The notes under the pieces: model-generated | The model's input: only the letters and a program-made list of their open reading frames with translations | What the model was told of the DNA's origin: nothing | Databases searched by the model: none | Shown: piece by piece, positions 62,957 to 64,000 of the stretch | How the letters are laid out: each line of letters begins with the position of its first letter | Numbering within the stretch: the stretch's first letter is position 1 | Assembly (NCBI GenBank): GCA_018062815.1 | Contig: JAGORM010000003.1 | Coordinates: 5,378-69,377 of the forward strand | Direction of reading: 5' to 3' | DNA length: 64,000 nt | Source of the DNA: Candidatus Levyibacteriota bacterium | GTDB taxonomy: Bacteria > Patescibacteriota > Microgenomatia > Levybacterales > GWA1-39-11 | Translations under genes and position numbers: made by a program

Positions 62957-64000
62957 TATTTAAAGAACTTTCAGTTTATCTTCAAAAATTAGAAAATATA
63001 ACTTCCCGTAATGAAATGGTTCTTGTATTAGCAGAACTTTTTGAAAAAGTTCCCGTAGAAGACGTGGGTAAGGTAATGTATTTACTTCAGGGAAGAGTGG
63101 CTCCGCTTTATGTCCCTCTCGAATTTGGAATGGCTGACAAGATGATCTTGCGGTCAGTTGCCCTAGCATATGGGGAGGATGAGAAGAAGGTTACAGGTGA
63201 ATTTAAAAAAATTGGAGATGTAGGAGATTTAGCTGAAAAATTAAGTTTGGGCAAGAAACACTCTGTCAAAGATCCTTCAATTGCTCACGTGTTTGCAACT
63301 CTTGAACAAATTGCCAAGACAAACGGTGCAGGTTCTGTGGAGAAAAAAATAGGATTGCTTTCTGACTTATTCAAAGATTTAGACCCATTATCCGTAAGAT
63401 TTGTTGCTCGGATTCCTGTTGGGAAGTTACGGTTAGGGTTTTCTGACATGACCGTTTTAGATTCTTTGTCTTGGATGTTATCAGGTAACAAAAGTAATAG
63501 AAAAGAAATAGAGCGGGCATACAACATACGGCCGGATCTTGGAGTCATAGGTAAAATGTTAAAAGAGCATGGAATTCACGGTGTGGAAAAGGTGAAACCT
63601 GCAGTTGGAACACCCATTCTTATGGCGCGCGCGGAAAGATTAAGTTCGGGAAAAGAAATAATAGACAAAATAGGAGAATGTGCGGTTGAGGAAAAATTTG
63701 ATGGTTTTAGGCTTCAAGCTCATTGGGACGGGAAAAATGTCAAATTGTATACGCGGAATTTAGAAGAAGTCACCTTTATGTATCCTGATGTTGAGGTGGG
63801 GATAAAAGCTCAAATGAGGGCAAAAGAAGCAATCTTTGAAGGGGAGGCAATAGCCTATAACCCCAATACAAATGAATACCTTCCATTTCAATTAACATCT
63901 CAAAGAAAAAGAAAATATGACATAGAAGAAATGGCACGTAAGATCCCTTTAAAATATATGGTTTTTGATGCGTTATATGTAGATGGTGAGAATTTAATCC
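62955..64000 (+). CDS. lig: ATP-dependent DNA ligase (partial, runs off window end)
   Basis: Open frame from ATG 62955 to window end. Adenylation motif I 'EEKFDGFRLQAH' (KxDG). Not in the ORF track because it is unterminated. Confidence 0.8.

Noticed and set aside
1-64000. CRISPR arrays, integrases and transposases
   Set aside because: No regularly spaced direct repeats with unique spacers, and no tyrosine/serine recombinase or transposase motifs, in any frame inspected.

Overview
This is an AT-rich bacterial chromosomal window with gene content typical of a small-genome lineage such as the Candidate Phyla Radiation. Coding is dense on both strands. Core genes: a two-component system (histidine kinase plus two response regulators), bL25, glmS, valS, the rpmH-rnpA-yidC-jag cluster, gap, pgk, two class-A PBPs, the dnaG-rpoD operon, comM, a P-type ATPase, recF, an ABC-F ATPase, pyrH, nnr, msrA, Fic, and a partial ATP-dependent DNA ligase at the 3' edge. 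There is also a sugar-phosphate operon (pfkB-fba-rpiB-rpe), a cell-envelope/glycan locus (Wzx-like flippase, DUF4012, PBP1A, Wzy_C ligase-like protein, CvpA-CAP fusion), and a run of small stress/detox genes (three VOC proteins, DUF1428, SRPBCC, DUF1801). RNA features: tRNA-Asn(GUU), an atypical tRNA-Met(CAU)-like gene, a candidate glmS ribozyme in the glmS leader, and an intrinsic terminator between dnaG and rpoD. From tRNA-Asn at 44.4 kb to about 51.4 kb the content looks accessory: an autoregulated CsoR/RcnR-family metal-sensor operon with an operator palindrome in its promoter, a three-copy intergenic repeat family, a SET-domain protein, and small membrane proteins including a missed 52-aa His/Cys-rich ORF. 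No CRISPR array, integrase or transposase was seen. Family names are recalled from translated motifs, not from database searches.
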